NCBI GenBank assembly: GCA_963705105.1
Contig: CAVPIW010000012.1
Coordinates: 96,001-160,000 of the forward strand
Reading direction: 5' to 3'
DNA from: an uncultured Nitrospiraceae bacterium
Lineage (GTDB): Bacteria > Nitrospirota > Thermodesulfovibrionia > Thermodesulfovibrionales > Dissulfurispiraceae
DNA: 64,000 nt
In this document: piece by piece, positions 10,614-20,479 of the stretch
Layout: each line of letters opens with the position of its first letter
Position numbering within the stretch: the stretch's first letter is position 1
Translations under genes and position numbers: made by a program
Notes under the pieces: generated by a model
What the model saw: only the letters and a program-made list of their open reading frames with translations
What the model was told of the DNA's origin: nothing
Databases searched by the model: none

Positions 10614-10645
10614 CACACTTGGATAATCAGGCGACGGAGACCCCG

Positions 10646-11638
10646 ATGATGAAAGCGGTTATCAACGCGCGCTACGGATCGCCGGATGTCCTGGAGATCC
10701 GGCAGGTGCCGAAACCGGAACCGAAAGCCGGCGAGGTCCTGATCAGGGTCCATGCGACGACGGTCAGCCGGACTGATTGCGGCATGCTCCGACCCCACCC
10801 CTTTTTCGTCCGGTTCGTCGCGGGGCTCCGACGGCCGAAGCGCACGGTCCTCGGCATGGACTTCGCAGGGGAGGTCGAGGCGGTCGGCGCAGGCGTCACC
10901 GCGTTCAAACCGGGCGATCGCGTTTTCGGCGTATCGCCGGACGACTACGGCGCGCACGCCGAATATCTCTGCGTGCCCGAAAAGGGGGCGATGGCGACCA
11001 TGCCGGCAGGAGCAGGTTTCGGCGCAGCCGTGGTCTGCGAGGGTGCCTGGTATGCTGATACGTATCTGCAAGCGTTCCGCCTCAAGACGGGCCACAGCAT
11101 CCTCGTCCATGGTGCTTCAGGCGCCATTGGCACGGCGGCGGTGCAGCTTGCGAAGTCCTACGGCGCCAGAGTGACGGCGGTCGTCGCGACGCGGCACCTG
11201 GACCTCGTCAGAACCCTCTGCGCCGACCGCGCAGTCGACTACACGGCGGAGGACTTCACGCAAATCGGTGAGACCTTCGATTTTGTGTTCGACGCGGTGG
11301 GCAAAACGACGTTTTTCCGTTGTCGGCGATTGCTGAAGCCCGAAGGGGTCTTCGCGGCGACGGATCTCGGGCCCTGGTGCCAGAATCCCCTGCTCGTGAT
11401 CTGGTCGTCGATCAACGGGAGCCACAGGGTCATCTTCCCGCTGCCACAGAGCAGCAGGGCTAAGGCGTTTGTCGACTTCTTGAAAGCCCGCATGGAGGCG
11501 GGCGAATTCCGCGCAGTCATCGATCGGGAGTATCCCCTCGAGGCAATCGCCGACGCCTATCGCTACGTGGAGACAGGGCAGAAGACCGGGATCGTCGTCA
11601 TCAACGTGAGGCCAGCCGACGAGACCGCGCATGCGTAG
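10646..11638 (+). CDS. NAD(P)-dependent MDR-family alcohol dehydrogenase / quinone reductase
   Basis: YGSPDVL, LGMDFAGEVE, HGASGAIG, FDAVG motifs. Confidence 0.9.
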   Translation: MMKAVINARYGSPDVLEIRQVPKPEPKAGEVLIRVHATTVSRTDCGMLRPHPFFVRFVAGLRRPKRTVLGMDFAGEVEAVGAGVTAFKPGDRVFGVSPDDYGAHAEYLCVPEKGAMATMPAGAGFGAAVVCEGAWYADTYLQAFRLKTGHSILVHGASGAIGTAAVQLAKSYGARVTAVVATRHLDLVRTLCADRAVDYTAEDFTQIGETFDFVFDAVGKTTFFRCRRLLKPEGVFAATDLGPWCQNPLLVIWSSINGSHRVIFPLPQSSRAKAFVDFLKARMEAGEFRAVIDREYPLEAIADAYRYVETGQKTGIVVINVRPADETAHA

Positions 11639-11709
11639 CCTCCATCACGAAAATATGATGTCAAAATGGCTTGAAAAATAGTTTGGTCATTTGAAGCGAC
11701 TTCTGACCT

Positions 11710-11883
11710 CGGAACAATTGCAATCTCGCGGGGATTTTCCTCGGCACGAGAATCCCCAAGGGCGCGAAGACGACGAACTGGGCTGCGCGCCGCCTGACAC
11801 CGCAGCAGATCGTCTACGCTGCGACCGATGCCTGGGCGTGCCGCGAGCTGTATCTCCGCTTCAAACAGCTGAATTTTGTCTGA
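11710..11883 (+). pseudogene. C-terminal remnant of a 3'-5' exonuclease (RNase D/WRN-like)
   Basis: Manual translation LAGIFLGTRIPKGAKTTNWAARRLTPQQIVYAATDAWACRELY (ExoIII YAAxD); no start codon. Confidence 0.7.
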
Positions 11884-11970
11884 GGACCCGAGAACTCAAC
11901 GTCAGAAAAGCCGCCGCCCGACCAGGCGTTGCCCCGCTCAGACGCAGCATTAAATATCATCAACGGGGAC

Positions 11971-12007
11971 TTGACAAAATGCATCTCCTGCACACATTGT
12001 AATACAA
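11971..12007 (+). promoter_or_regulatory. TA promoter with palindromic operator
   Basis: TTGACA at 11971; palindrome TTGTA-A-TACAA upstream of the RBS of an RHH antitoxin. Confidence 0.5.
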
Positions 12008-12026
12008 CAATGACAGGAGGTGCATC

Positions 12027-12245
12027 ATGAGTACGGCAGTATCTGTGCGGCTTCCCAAAAAGCTTGCAGAACAACTTGACGTCATAGCCAAAGAGACCGA
12101 GAGGCCTCGCTCTTTCATCATTCAGAAAGCATTGGAGCGCTACATTGAGGATTTCGCCGATCTTCAGATTGCCCTTGACCGGCTCCACGACAAGAGTGAT
12201 GCCGTCATTTCCGGCAAAGAGCTGAGAAAGTCCCTTGGTCTATAA
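12027..12245 (+). CDS. Ribbon-helix-helix antitoxin (RelB-like)
   Basis: SVRLP..LDVIAKETERPRSFIIQKAL; overlaps the toxin gene. Confidence 0.85.
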   Translation: MSTAVSVRLPKKLAEQLDVIAKETERPRSFIIQKALERYIEDFADLQIALDRLHDKSDAVISGKELRKSLGL

Positions 12246-12495
12246 TGTCGTCTACAAGAAGTCGGTATATCGCGATCTCAAGAGGTTAACTCAGGCTGAG
12301 GCCAGCCGTATACTCAATCAGATAGAAAGCGAGCTTGCGAAGAAACCCGGGTCGAATCCTGTACTCAAAGGCAAATTTGCCGGGCTTCGCAAGTATCGCA
12401 TTGGTGACTACCGGGTAATTTACGCCCTAATGGGTACTGATATTCTCATCCTCAGAATAGGTGCCCGTCGCGATGTCTACAAAGGCGAAATGTAG
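12235..12495 (+). CDS. relE: RelE/ParE family toxin
   Basis: LKG..GLRKYRIGDYRVIY..IGARRDVY. Confidence 0.9.
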   Translation: MVYNVVYKKSVYRDLKRLTQAEASRILNQIESELAKKPGSNPVLKGKFAGLRKYRIGDYRVIYALMGTDILILRIGARRDVYKGEM

Positions 12496-12686
12496 CCATT
12501 GCATGCAGAGGCTCGGCTCAGCCGCCTCCCAAGGATCGTCCCTGGCGTTGGCTCAACATGAACAATTACAAACAATATACCCCGCAGACGGCGGTGGCAT
12601 AAACCGGACATTTCTATTTTGTCGCCGCAGCAAGGTGTTCGGCGCATACACCACGCCTTTAGGTCAGGCGTATGCAACGATAAGGG

Positions 12687-13133
12687 TTACTTGCCTTTAG
12701 AATCGATGAGGAAGGTGACGGGGCCGTCGTTGACGAGTGAAACGGTCATGTAGGCCCCGAAGACGCCTGTTTCCACGGGAATCCCCGTCTCCCTGAGCTT
12801 GCGCACGAACGTTTCATAGAGTTCTTTTGCCCGTTCCGGCGCCTCGGCGCGATCAAAGGACGGGCGGTTCCCCTTCCTGCAGTCGGCCGAGAGCGTGAAC
12901 TGGGAAACGGCGAGCACGCTGCCGCCGATGTCCCTGACGGAGAGGTTCATCTTTCCCTGTTCGTCATAAAACATGCGCAGGCTGACGGTTTTCCTGATAA
13001 GGAAATCGCAGTCCCTCTCGTCGTCTTCTTTCTCGACTCCGAGAAGCAGGAGCACACCCGGCCCGATTTTGCCCACAGATGCGCCGTCCACCTCCACCGA
13101 AGCAGAGGAAACCCTCTGAATGAGGGCCTTCAC
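12687..13133 (-). CDS. dtd: D-aminoacyl-tRNA deacylase
   Basis: [27 protein letters not shown] start overlapping upstream stop. Confidence 0.95.
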   Translation of the reverse strand: MKALIQRVSSASVEVDGASVGKIGPGVLLLLGVEKEDDERDCDFLIRKTVSLRMFYDEQGKMNLSVRDIGGSVLAVSQFTLSADCRKGNRPSFDRAEAPERAKELYETFVRKLRETGIPVETGVFGAYMTVSLVNDGPVTFLIDSKGK

Positions 13134-14245
13134 AGCATCCTCACCTGGTTCCTGAGGGAAAACCCGCGGAGTTTCACATCCGTCATTCCCTTCGACTGGA
13201 CCATGACCTTGTGGGATTCCCCCAGGCCCTGAGGCAGGATGAGGTTCTTGATCGGCGACACCTCGAACGCATCGGGGGCCGACCCGTACCATTCCGTAAT
13301 GAGCTCGTCGATCCCGAGGGCGATCAGGTAGCTCCCCTGCGGGGAGAAGCCGATGGTCCGGAGGCCCGATGCTTCACCCCAACGGTGCAGGGCCGAGAAA
13401 TTCACATGCGCTGTCATGTCCTGGTCGCCGATGTGTTCGTAGGGGTTCTCTCCGGCCTTATGCCGGTGATAGCAGAGGAGGGTCCCCCTGTTCCGCCCGG
13501 CGCTGTAATACTCCCAGGCAGGGTACCCGTAGTCGATGGTGATGATGAATCCACGGTCGAGCCGGCCTGATACAGACCTGATCCAGTCCCTCATCCTGAG
13601 ATTGACCTCCGTCCTGTATCCTTCGGGCAGGTCCGGAGCGAAAGCATTCAGATAGTCGATGACCCCGGGGCTGCAGGGCTTCACAACCTCTGCAATTTCC
13701 TCTTGCTCATCAACGGTCACGAAGACTTCCCCGAGCTCTCCGTCACGGACGATAAGGTGGACGGGAAAGGCGTCGGGGAGTTCATTGGAAAGGAAACAGC
13801 CCGTGACGGGCTCCAGGGATTCGAGTCCCCCGAGCCATCTGACCCTGACGCTGTGCGCGCCGAGGATGTCCTGCTGCCTGCGCCGGACGGAGGGGTTCAG
13901 CTCGGCGATCGTGTAGACGAGAGATGCCCCGAGAGGCCTGTCCTGCAGATAATCGAGGAGGTCCTTTGCCAGGTACCCCATGCCGGCGCCCATCTCGACG
14001 ATGTCGAACCGAGCCGGTCTGCCCGTCAGTTCCCACATCTCTTCGGCCTGCCGTCCCAGCATGGCGCCGAAGGCACGGTGGAGGTGCGAGCTCGTGTAAA
14101 AATCAGCACTCCTGCCGATTTCCGTCGAATCTTTTGCGTAATAGCCGAGGCCGGGTTCGTAGAGGGCCATGTCCATGAAGGTCTCGAATGAAATGGGGCC
14201 CTCTTCCCTGATGCGCCTGGTGATCTTCTCCTTCAGTGTGCACAT
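13130..14245 (-). CDS. SAM-dependent methyltransferase, MidA/NDUFAF7 family
   Basis: [40 protein letters not shown]. Confidence 0.9.
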   Translation of the reverse strand: MCTLKEKITRRIREEGPISFETFMDMALYEPGLGYYAKDSTEIGRSADFYTSSHLHRAFGAMLGRQAEEMWELTGRPARFDIVEMGAGMGYLAKDLLDYLQDRPLGASLVYTIAELNPSVRRRQQDILGAHSVRVRWLGGLESLEPVTGCFLSNELPDAFPVHLIVRDGELGEVFVTVDEQEEIAEVVKPCSPGVIDYLNAFAPDLPEGYRTEVNLRMRDWIRSVSGRLDRGFIITIDYGYPAWEYYSAGRNRGTLLCYHRHKAGENPYEHIGDQDMTAHVNFSALHRWGEASGLRTIGFSPQGSYLIALGIDELITEWYGSAPDAFEVSPIKNLILPQGLGESHKVMVQSKGMTDVKLRGFSLRNQVRML

Positions 14246-14317
14246 TTTATTGCCGCACCAAGGACCTCGGAAGACGGGGCGAAGAGCCTCAAAGCCTTGA
14301 TGATAGTGACGCGCCGC

Positions 14318-14488
14318 CGGGGAAGGCAAATATGGTTCAAAGCCTTTCCAATGCGATGATGAGACTTTTCCAGGTGTTCAGCCTCTGTCGCCTGCCGGGC
14401 TGTTGTCATCAATAGACACGGCAAAGGGTGGTCTGGTGACAAATAGGGTATCTTAGAGGAAAGGCTTTTCACCACATCAGCCTTCCCG
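14318..14488. repeat. 171-bp terminally inverted repeat element, copy 2 (type A)
   Basis: Colinear with 5361-5531; ends conserved, interior diverged. Confidence 0.85.
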
Positions 14489-14530
14489 CGGTGCTTTTGT
14501 CGTCCTGTTCCTGTCTTTGCATACTGTTTA

Positions 14531-14736
14531 CCTTATCGTTGCAATGCACGCCCGGGAAAGGCGGGGCGTATGCGCCGAAAACCTTGCTGCGGCGACTCCT
14601 GTATCAAAACGAAAGATGAACTATACGCTAATGGTCGATGACACAAAGAGTGAAATCCTGAAACACGAAGATGACGAGGCGTATCGTCGCCTTCAGCAAG
14701 GCTTTGAGGCGTTTCGCCCCGCCTTTCAATGCAACA
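14531..14736. repeat. ~205-bp MITE-like long hairpin repeat (type B), full copy
   Basis: Arm GTTGCA..GAAAGGCGGGGCG..CCTTGCTGCGGCGAC pairs with GTCGCC..CAGCAAGG..CGCCCCGCCTTTC..TGCAAC; second full copy 32456-32661; half copies near 5600, 12620, 19399, 25500, 48397. Confidence 0.85.
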
Positions 14737-14828
14737 GGGTTTATTGTCTACTGCATTCTGTCTACTGATTAAGTGGCGCATCCGCCCCGCCTTCCGGTCC
14801 GGCGTATGCAACATTAAAGTACACTGTC

Positions 14829-15812
14829 TCAGGGCAGGGCGAGCATGCGGTCAAGGGCCATCTTGGCGGGGATCCGGGTTTCTTCGGGCACCTTCACGAC
14901 ATGTCTCATCTCCTTCATCGCCAGGAGGACACTTTTAAGGGTCGTTTTCTTCATGTTCGGACAGATCATGTCCTTTCTCAGGGGATGGAAGCCCTTGCCG
15001 GGATTCTCCTTTTTCAGACGGTGCATAAGGCCCAGTTCCGTACCGACGATGAATTCACGGGCGGAACTCTCCCCGGCAAAGCGGAGCATCCCCGAGGTGC
15101 TCGTCACATGGTCGGCGAGGTCAAGCACTTCCAGGCGGCACTCGGGATGGGCCATGAAAAGGGCGCCGGGATGTTCCGATCTCGCCCTGCGCACGTCGTC
15201 GGCCGTGACGCGGTCATGGACGTGGCAGAAGCCGTCCCAGGCGATGACACGCTTTCCCGTGTTCTTCGCGGCCCAGTTGGAGAGGTTCCTGTCAGGCACG
15301 CAGATCACCGAGTCCCCGGAGAGGGATTCGATCACCTTCACCACGTTGGCGGAGGTGCAGCAGATGTCGCTCTCCGCTTTTACATCGGCAGTGGTGTTCA
15401 CGTATGTGACGACGGGGACGCCGGGATGCCGGGCCTTTATGTCCCTGAGAGTGAAATCGTGGGGGAAGACAAAGGCGGGCTGCTCGTCGTATCCCGGAAA
15501 GGTCTTCCAGACCTTCCTCGGTGAGGAGACGCGGATCATGTCCGCCATGGGGCACGTTGCATCAAGGTCAGGCAGGAGTACCGTCTTGTCCGGCGACAGG
15601 ATCGAAGCGCTCTCGGCCATGAAATGGACGCCGCAGAAAACGATGACTGCACAGTCCTGCGTCGCCGCCGTTCTTGACAGCTCAAGGGAGTCGCCGGTGA
15701 AATCGGCGATGTCCTGGACCTCGTCGCGCTGGTAGTTATGGGCGAGAATGAGGGCGCGCAAGTCTCTCTTGAGGGAGAGGATCTCGTCCCGGATCTGCCC
15801 GTTTGCGGCCAC
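14829..15812 (-). CDS. nadA: Quinolinate synthase A
   Basis: ILAHNYQ, FCGVHFMAE, CTSAN, CHVH, AHPEC, CPNMK. Confidence 0.96.
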   Translation of the reverse strand: MAANGQIRDEILSLKRDLRALILAHNYQRDEVQDIADFTGDSLELSRTAATQDCAVIVFCGVHFMAESASILSPDKTVLLPDLDATCPMADMIRVSSPRKVWKTFPGYDEQPAFVFPHDFTLRDIKARHPGVPVVTYVNTTADVKAESDICCTSANVVKVIESLSGDSVICVPDRNLSNWAAKNTGKRVIAWDGFCHVHDRVTADDVRRARSEHPGALFMAHPECRLEVLDLADHVTSTSGMLRFAGESSAREFIVGTELGLMHRLKKENPGKGFHPLRKDMICPNMKKTTLKSVLLAMKEMRHVVKVPEETRIPAKMALDRMLALP

Positions 15813-15813
15813 T

Positions 15814-16524
15814 CTACAGGCCCTGATCGCGGATTGATGCGTTGGTGAAAAGGAGAGTGCCGTCCTTCAGGATGAGTCTCTGGATCCGGTAGGGCTCCTT
15901 CTTCTTCGCTGTGAGGGTCAGATTGGCGGGGTTCCCGTTGCCGCCGGTGTATGTGTCCATAACCTTTCGGACATATCCTATCGTCTCAGGAATGGCCGGT
16001 ACCGAATTCGTTCTTTCCACCCTCCCGGGACCGGCATTGTATGCGGCCAGGGCAAGGTTGAGGTTCCCGTCGAATCTTTCGAGGAGATACTTGAGGTAGC
16101 GGGTGCCGCCGTCGATGTTCTCAACGGGATCAAAGGAGTTGGCAACGCCGAGATCGCTGGCTGTCGACGGCATGAGCTGCATGAGGCCCCGCGCTCCCTT
16201 GGGAGAGACGGCGCCGGGATTCCAGTTCGATTCGGCCTTGATGACCGCCTTGACGAGATCGGGGTCCACGTTGTGCTGCTTGGCTTTTTCCTCGGCGATG
16301 GACTGATAGGCGTCGACGGTCCGTTCCCGCGGCCTGTTCTGCCGGGCTTCGGCCCTCTTCTTCTTTGCCGGGTCGGCCTGTTCTTTTATGACGACCTTCC
16401 CCGGCCCGCCTGCAGGGACATTGGTGAAATTGACGACGCCGTCCTCGGAGACATACTGGTAGATGTCGGCGTTGGATTCAGTGACGGTCAGGCAAAATAT
16501 AGTTATGAATATAAGTAATATCAT
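15814..16524 (-). CDS. Lytic transglycosylase (SLT domain, N-terminal DUF4124-like)
   Basis: AES, GLMQLMP, AAYNAG motifs; signal peptide. Confidence 0.92.
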   Translation of the reverse strand: MILLIFITIFCLTVTESNADIYQYVSEDGVVNFTNVPAGGPGKVVIKEQADPAKKKRAEARQNRPRERTVDAYQSIAEEKAKQHNVDPDLVKAVIKAESNWNPGAVSPKGARGLMQLMPSTASDLGVANSFDPVENIDGGTRYLKYLLERFDGNLNLALAAYNAGPGRVERTNSVPAIPETIGYVRKVMDTYTGGNGNPANLTLTAKKKEPYRIQRLILKDGTLLFTNASIRDQGL

Positions 16525-16698
16525 GTGGTTATCATATCATGCCACAGATGCATGCTTCAAGCCGGCTGCCCTGAGGCCAAGGGATGGCCGGGCCGTCACC
16601 GGTCCGGCCATCTCACATTAATTTTCGGTGAAATGCCTGTGAAGTTGAGCCCGCCCCCGCGACAGTGACCATGCTCACGGTGGCTGTCGGAGCAGCCC

Positions 16699-17283
16699 TT
16701 ACCGGGCGAACTGGACATCAGGCTCGTTCAGGAACTTGATCATCAGCACCAGGTTCGCCTCATTGCCCTCGAGGTCTCTCACAAAACCCTTGAGCACCGC
16801 AGCCTCCTTGAATCCCAGCTTCTCGAAGAGGAAGAATGCCTCCTGGAGGTCCGGCGACATTTCGATGCTGAGCTGCTCAAGGCCGAGTTCCGTGGCGATG
16901 TCGATGAGATTCTGAGCGATGTGCGTCCCCAGTCCGCGCTCACGGTAGTTCACATCGGTGGTGAGCCGCACTTCGGCCTGGTGCCTCGACCAGCCGATCT
17001 TGTTGAAGTGGAGAGTCCCGCTGCCGATGATCTTTCCGTTATCACGGACGACAAGCGGCAGGACCTCATCATAATCGAGATCATTTACCCAACGCGAGAT
17101 CACCGCGGGGTCCGTGACGTCGTCTCTGAGACAGGCCCTGTCTTTCAGCGGCAGTTTGCTGAAATATGTAAAGAGGTCACTTTCATCGTCCTTGACGAGG
17201 GGGCGCAGGACGACGCTGTTGCGGTCGTCGAGCCTGACGATCTTCGGGTAATTGCTGATGAGTATTTTCATGAGTGGATCCAT
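16699..17283 (-). CDS. GNAT family N-acetyltransferase (paralog 2)
   Basis: YRERGLG acetyl-CoA loop, FEKLGF; AGGAG RBS before ATG 17283. Confidence 0.85.
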   Translation of the reverse strand: MDPLMKILISNYPKIVRLDDRNSVVLRPLVKDDESDLFTYFSKLPLKDRACLRDDVTDPAVISRWVNDLDYDEVLPLVVRDNGKIIGSGTLHFNKIGWSRHQAEVRLTTDVNYRERGLGTHIAQNLIDIATELGLEQLSIEMSPDLQEAFFLFEKLGFKEAAVLKGFVRDLEGNEANLVLMIKFLNEPDVQFAR

Positions 17284-17303
17284 ATAATTAATCTCCTTCT
17301 TCC

Positions 17304-18497
17304 CTAAAAATACCAGCCCCGTTCGACGATGACGGCGAAGCCCATGCCGCCTCCGACGCAGAGCGATGCGAGGCCGACCGCCACGTCGCGCTTCTGCATC
17401 TCGTAGAGGAGCGTCACGATGATCCTCGATCCGCTGCACCCGATGGGGTGGCCCAGTGCGATGGCGCCGCCGTTGACGTTCACGATGGAGGGGTCCAGGT
17501 GGAGTTCTTTCAGACAGGCGATCGACTGGGCGGCGAAGGCCTCGTTGAGTTCCACGAGGTCGATCTCCTTGCCGAGCTGGGACTTCGCCTTTGCCACGGC
17601 GCTCTCGACGGCGTAGATGGGACCGATGCCCATCATCTCGGGTTCGCACCCCCTGCAGTCGTAGCCGACGATCCGCGCCAGGGGACGAATGCCCATTTTG
17701 AAGGCCCTCTCGGCTGACATGACGAGCAGCGCTGCAGCGCCGTCATTGACACCCGAGGAGTTGCCGGCCGTTATGGTGCCGGTTTTCTGGAACGCAGGCT
17801 TCAGCTTCGCGAGCTTGTCCGCGGTGCTGCCGAAGCGGGGGTATTCATCGGTGTCGAAGGCGACAGGGTCACCCTTCTTCTGGGGAATCATGACAGGCAC
17901 GATCTCGTCCTTGAAACGCCCCGACGTGATCGCTTTTTCCGCCTTCTGCTGGCTTTCGGCGGCATAGGTGTCCTGCTCCTCCCGGGAAATGTTGAATTTC
18001 TCAGCCACGTTCTCGGCGGTGATGCCCATATGGGTGTCGCCGAAGGAGCACCAGAGGCCGTCCTGGATCATGGTGTCGATGACCTGGGTATGCCCCATCC
18101 GTTGCCCCCACCTCGACTGGGGGAGGACATACGGCGCCTGGCTCATGTTCTCCATACCGCCTGCGACAATGATTTCGGCATCGCCGGCGCGGATGGTCTG
18201 GGTGGCCATGATCAGCGATTCCATACCGGAACCGCAGACGACGTTCACGGTCACGGCAGGCGTGTACTGGGACAGTCCGGCTGCAACGCCGGCCTGGCGG
18301 GCGGGGTTCTGTCCGAGCCCGGCCTGCAGCACGTTGCCCATGATCACCTGGTCGACCCGCTCGGCCCGTATCCTCGCCCTCCTGATCACTTCCCTTATCA
18401 CGATGCCGCCCAGTTCGACGGCCGGGACATCGCGGAGCATCCCCCCGAAACTGCCGATGGCGGTGCGGCAAGCGCTCGCTATGACTACGTCCTGCAT
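17304..18497 (-). CDS. phaA: Acetyl-CoA C-acetyltransferase (thiolase)
   Basis: VCGSG, NEAFAAQ, GHPIG, LCVGGG; PHA-cluster context. Confidence 0.92.
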   Translation of the reverse strand: MQDVVIASACRTAIGSFGGMLRDVPAVELGGIVIREVIRRARIRAERVDQVIMGNVLQAGLGQNPARQAGVAAGLSQYTPAVTVNVVCGSGMESLIMATQTIRAGDAEIIVAGGMENMSQAPYVLPQSRWGQRMGHTQVIDTMIQDGLWCSFGDTHMGITAENVAEKFNISREEQDTYAAESQQKAEKAITSGRFKDEIVPVMIPQKKGDPVAFDTDEYPRFGSTADKLAKLKPAFQKTGTITAGNSSGVNDGAAALLVMSAERAFKMGIRPLARIVGYDCRGCEPEMMGIGPIYAVESAVAKAKSQLGKEIDLVELNEAFAAQSIACLKELHLDPSIVNVNGGAIALGHPIGCSGSRIIVTLLYEMQKRDVAVGLASLCVGGGMGFAVIVERGWYF

Positions 18498-18507
18498 GGC
18501 TTCCTCC

Positions 18508-19065
18508 TTATGCCTGTTCGCTGACAGGGGTTAACTCTTTGACGAGTATGGCGATATCGGCATAACGCTTCTGGTAGATATCCTTGACGTAACGCTTCAG
18601 GACCGCGACATTCTGGAAGCCGACATTATGAAAGGCCTTCATCGTGCCCTGCCGTGACGTGATCACCCGGGCGACAAGCTTCTTCACTCCCTGTCTCACG
18701 GCGAGATGTGAAAGCTCGTCAAGCAGGACGGAGCTCAGGCCCCTTCCGCGGAAGTCATCGGCGACGGCGATCCTGATTTCACCGACATGGCGTCCCCATC
18801 CGAAGGTCTGGCGGTGGAGGGAGACGTTCGCCACGATCCTCCCCTCAAACTCGGCAAGGATGGGCAGGACTTTTTCGAAATTGAGATCGCGGACCCAGTT
18901 CTCGATGATCCTCTTGTCCGTGACGTCGTTCCGCAGGAACCGCCTGCTTGCGGGGGGAAGAGAGGTGAAGAATTTGTACAGGGCATTCTGGTCGTCCCTG
19001 TTCATCGTGCGCAACGTCAGAACTGTGCCGTCCTTTAGCTCGATCCTTTTGGGATACTCTTCCAT
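18508..19065 (-). CDS. GNAT family N-acetyltransferase (paralog 1)
   Basis: FRGRGLS loop; aligns along its length with 16699-17283. Confidence 0.85.
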   Translation of the reverse strand: MEEYPKRIELKDGTVLTLRTMNRDDQNALYKFFTSLPPASRRFLRNDVTDKRIIENWVRDLNFEKVLPILAEFEGRIVANVSLHRQTFGWGRHVGEIRIAVADDFRGRGLSSVLLDELSHLAVRQGVKKLVARVITSRQGTMKAFHNVGFQNVAVLKRYVKDIYQKRYADIAILVKELTPVSEQA

Positions 19066-19365
19066 GATGGTACCTCCTCGACGAAAAAAATCAGCACTGC
19101 TCCTGCGGGTCCGGATGCGTGATCAGGGAAGGTCACCGGCATGTCATCACAGGAATGCCTCATCCCCGGTGAACATCCCGCAGGGGAGCTGTAACTTCGG
19201 ATTATTATAGCATTTGTTTCTTCCCGTTCTCATCTAAGACAGTGACAGTGTCAGCATGGCAATCGTCTTGATTTCTCCGACTGCCAGCCGGGAAGTCTCC
19301 GTTACATGAACCTATGCGAAAATATCGGTCTTTCAATGACCCGGACTCTGCGAAAAAATACCATC

Positions 19366-19650
19366 ACTGACACTCACACCTGCACTCGCACTTTTTTACC
19401 TTATCGTTGTAATACACGCCCGTGAAAGGCGGGGTGTATGCGCCGAAAACCTTGCTGCGGCGACACCATAACTCTCACAGAAGACACCCTTTCAAACCAA
19501 TGGTCGAAAAGTGAGCCTTTTTACTGACACTGACACTCACACTGACACTGTTTTTCAGAGCGCTTCGCCCCGCTTTTCTATGACTACAAAGTTTATTTCT
19601 GTCACAAAAAATATAAGACTCCTTCACCGGCACTGACACTCACACTCTCT
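19366..19650. repeat. Mosaic of hexamer (ACACTG/ACACTC) and type B repeat modules
   Basis: Several ACTGACACTCACAC runs, left arm of type B at 19399-19465, reverse core CTTCGCCCCGCTTTT near 19563. Confidence 0.8.
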
Positions 19651-19657
19651 CTTTCGG

Positions 19658-20401
19658 TCAGATCCTCATTCCTCCGTCGACTTCGATGACCCTGCCCGTG
19701 AAAAAGTCGTTCTGGATGATAAAGGTAACGGTCTGGGAAATCTCGGACATTTCGCCGAGCCTGCCGGCGGGTATATTCTGGATGATCTTGTCCAGCACTT
19801 CCTGCCTGATTTTGGCGACCATTTCGGTGTTGATGTAGCCGGGGGCGATGGCGCCGACGCGGATCCCGTACCGTGCCAGCTCTTTCGCCCAGGTGACGGT
19901 CATGGCGTCGACGGCGGCCTTCGTGGCCGAGTAGTTGGTCTGTCCCAGGTTGCCGGAGCGGCTGATGGAGGAGATGTTGATAATGACCCCCTTGACGCCG
20001 TTTTTGACCATATGGAATGCAGCCTCCCGGGCGCAGAGGAACACGCCCGTCAGGTTGACGCTGAGGACCCGTTCCCAGTTCGACAGGGGAAACTTGGTGA
20101 TGTCCTCGCCCTTTTTCCGGATGAACAGGGAATCGGCCGTGATGCCCGCGTTGTTCACAAGGACGTCCGGTGCGCCGTGTTCCGCCGCATACTTTTCGAA
20201 AAACGACTCGACGTCCTTCTCATTGCCCACATCGACCTTGCTCCCGGGGATGCCTGTTTCGGCCATGAGGGCGTCAAGGTTCTCCTGGACGACGTCGACG
20301 ACGTAGGGTTCGGCGCCGAGGGCCTTGAGGTCAAGGGCGAACTGCCTTCCCATGCCCCGCGCCCCGCCGGTGATAATGATCTTCTTTCCTTGCATGTCCA
20401 T
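19658..20401 (-). CDS. phaB: SDR family acetoacetyl-CoA / 3-oxoacyl reductase
   Basis: TGGARGMG, NNAG, YSATK; directly downstream of phaC. Confidence 0.8.
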   Translation of the reverse strand: MDMQGKKIIITGGARGMGRQFALDLKALGAEPYVVDVVQENLDALMAETGIPGSKVDVGNEKDVESFFEKYAAEHGAPDVLVNNAGITADSLFIRKKGEDITKFPLSNWERVLSVNLTGVFLCAREAAFHMVKNGVKGVIINISSISRSGNLGQTNYSATKAAVDAMTVTWAKELARYGIRVGAIAPGYINTEMVAKIRQEVLDKIIQNIPAGRLGEMSEISQTVTFIIQNDFFTGRVIEVDGGMRI

Positions 20402-20429
20402 TGTCTATTCCTCCTTGAGTTTTATAGAA

Positions 20430-20456
20430 AAGAGGCGGGCCAGTGACCCGCCTCTT
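20430..20456 (-). terminator. Hairpin between phaC and phaB
   Basis: AAGAGGCGGG-CCAGTGA-CCCGCCTCTT, followed by T-run on minus strand. Confidence 0.6.
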
Positions 20457-20479
20457 CAATTCGTGACGATCCGCCTGCT

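Noticed and set aside
12490..12545. attC after relE
   Set aside because: Core sites and arms too degenerate to call
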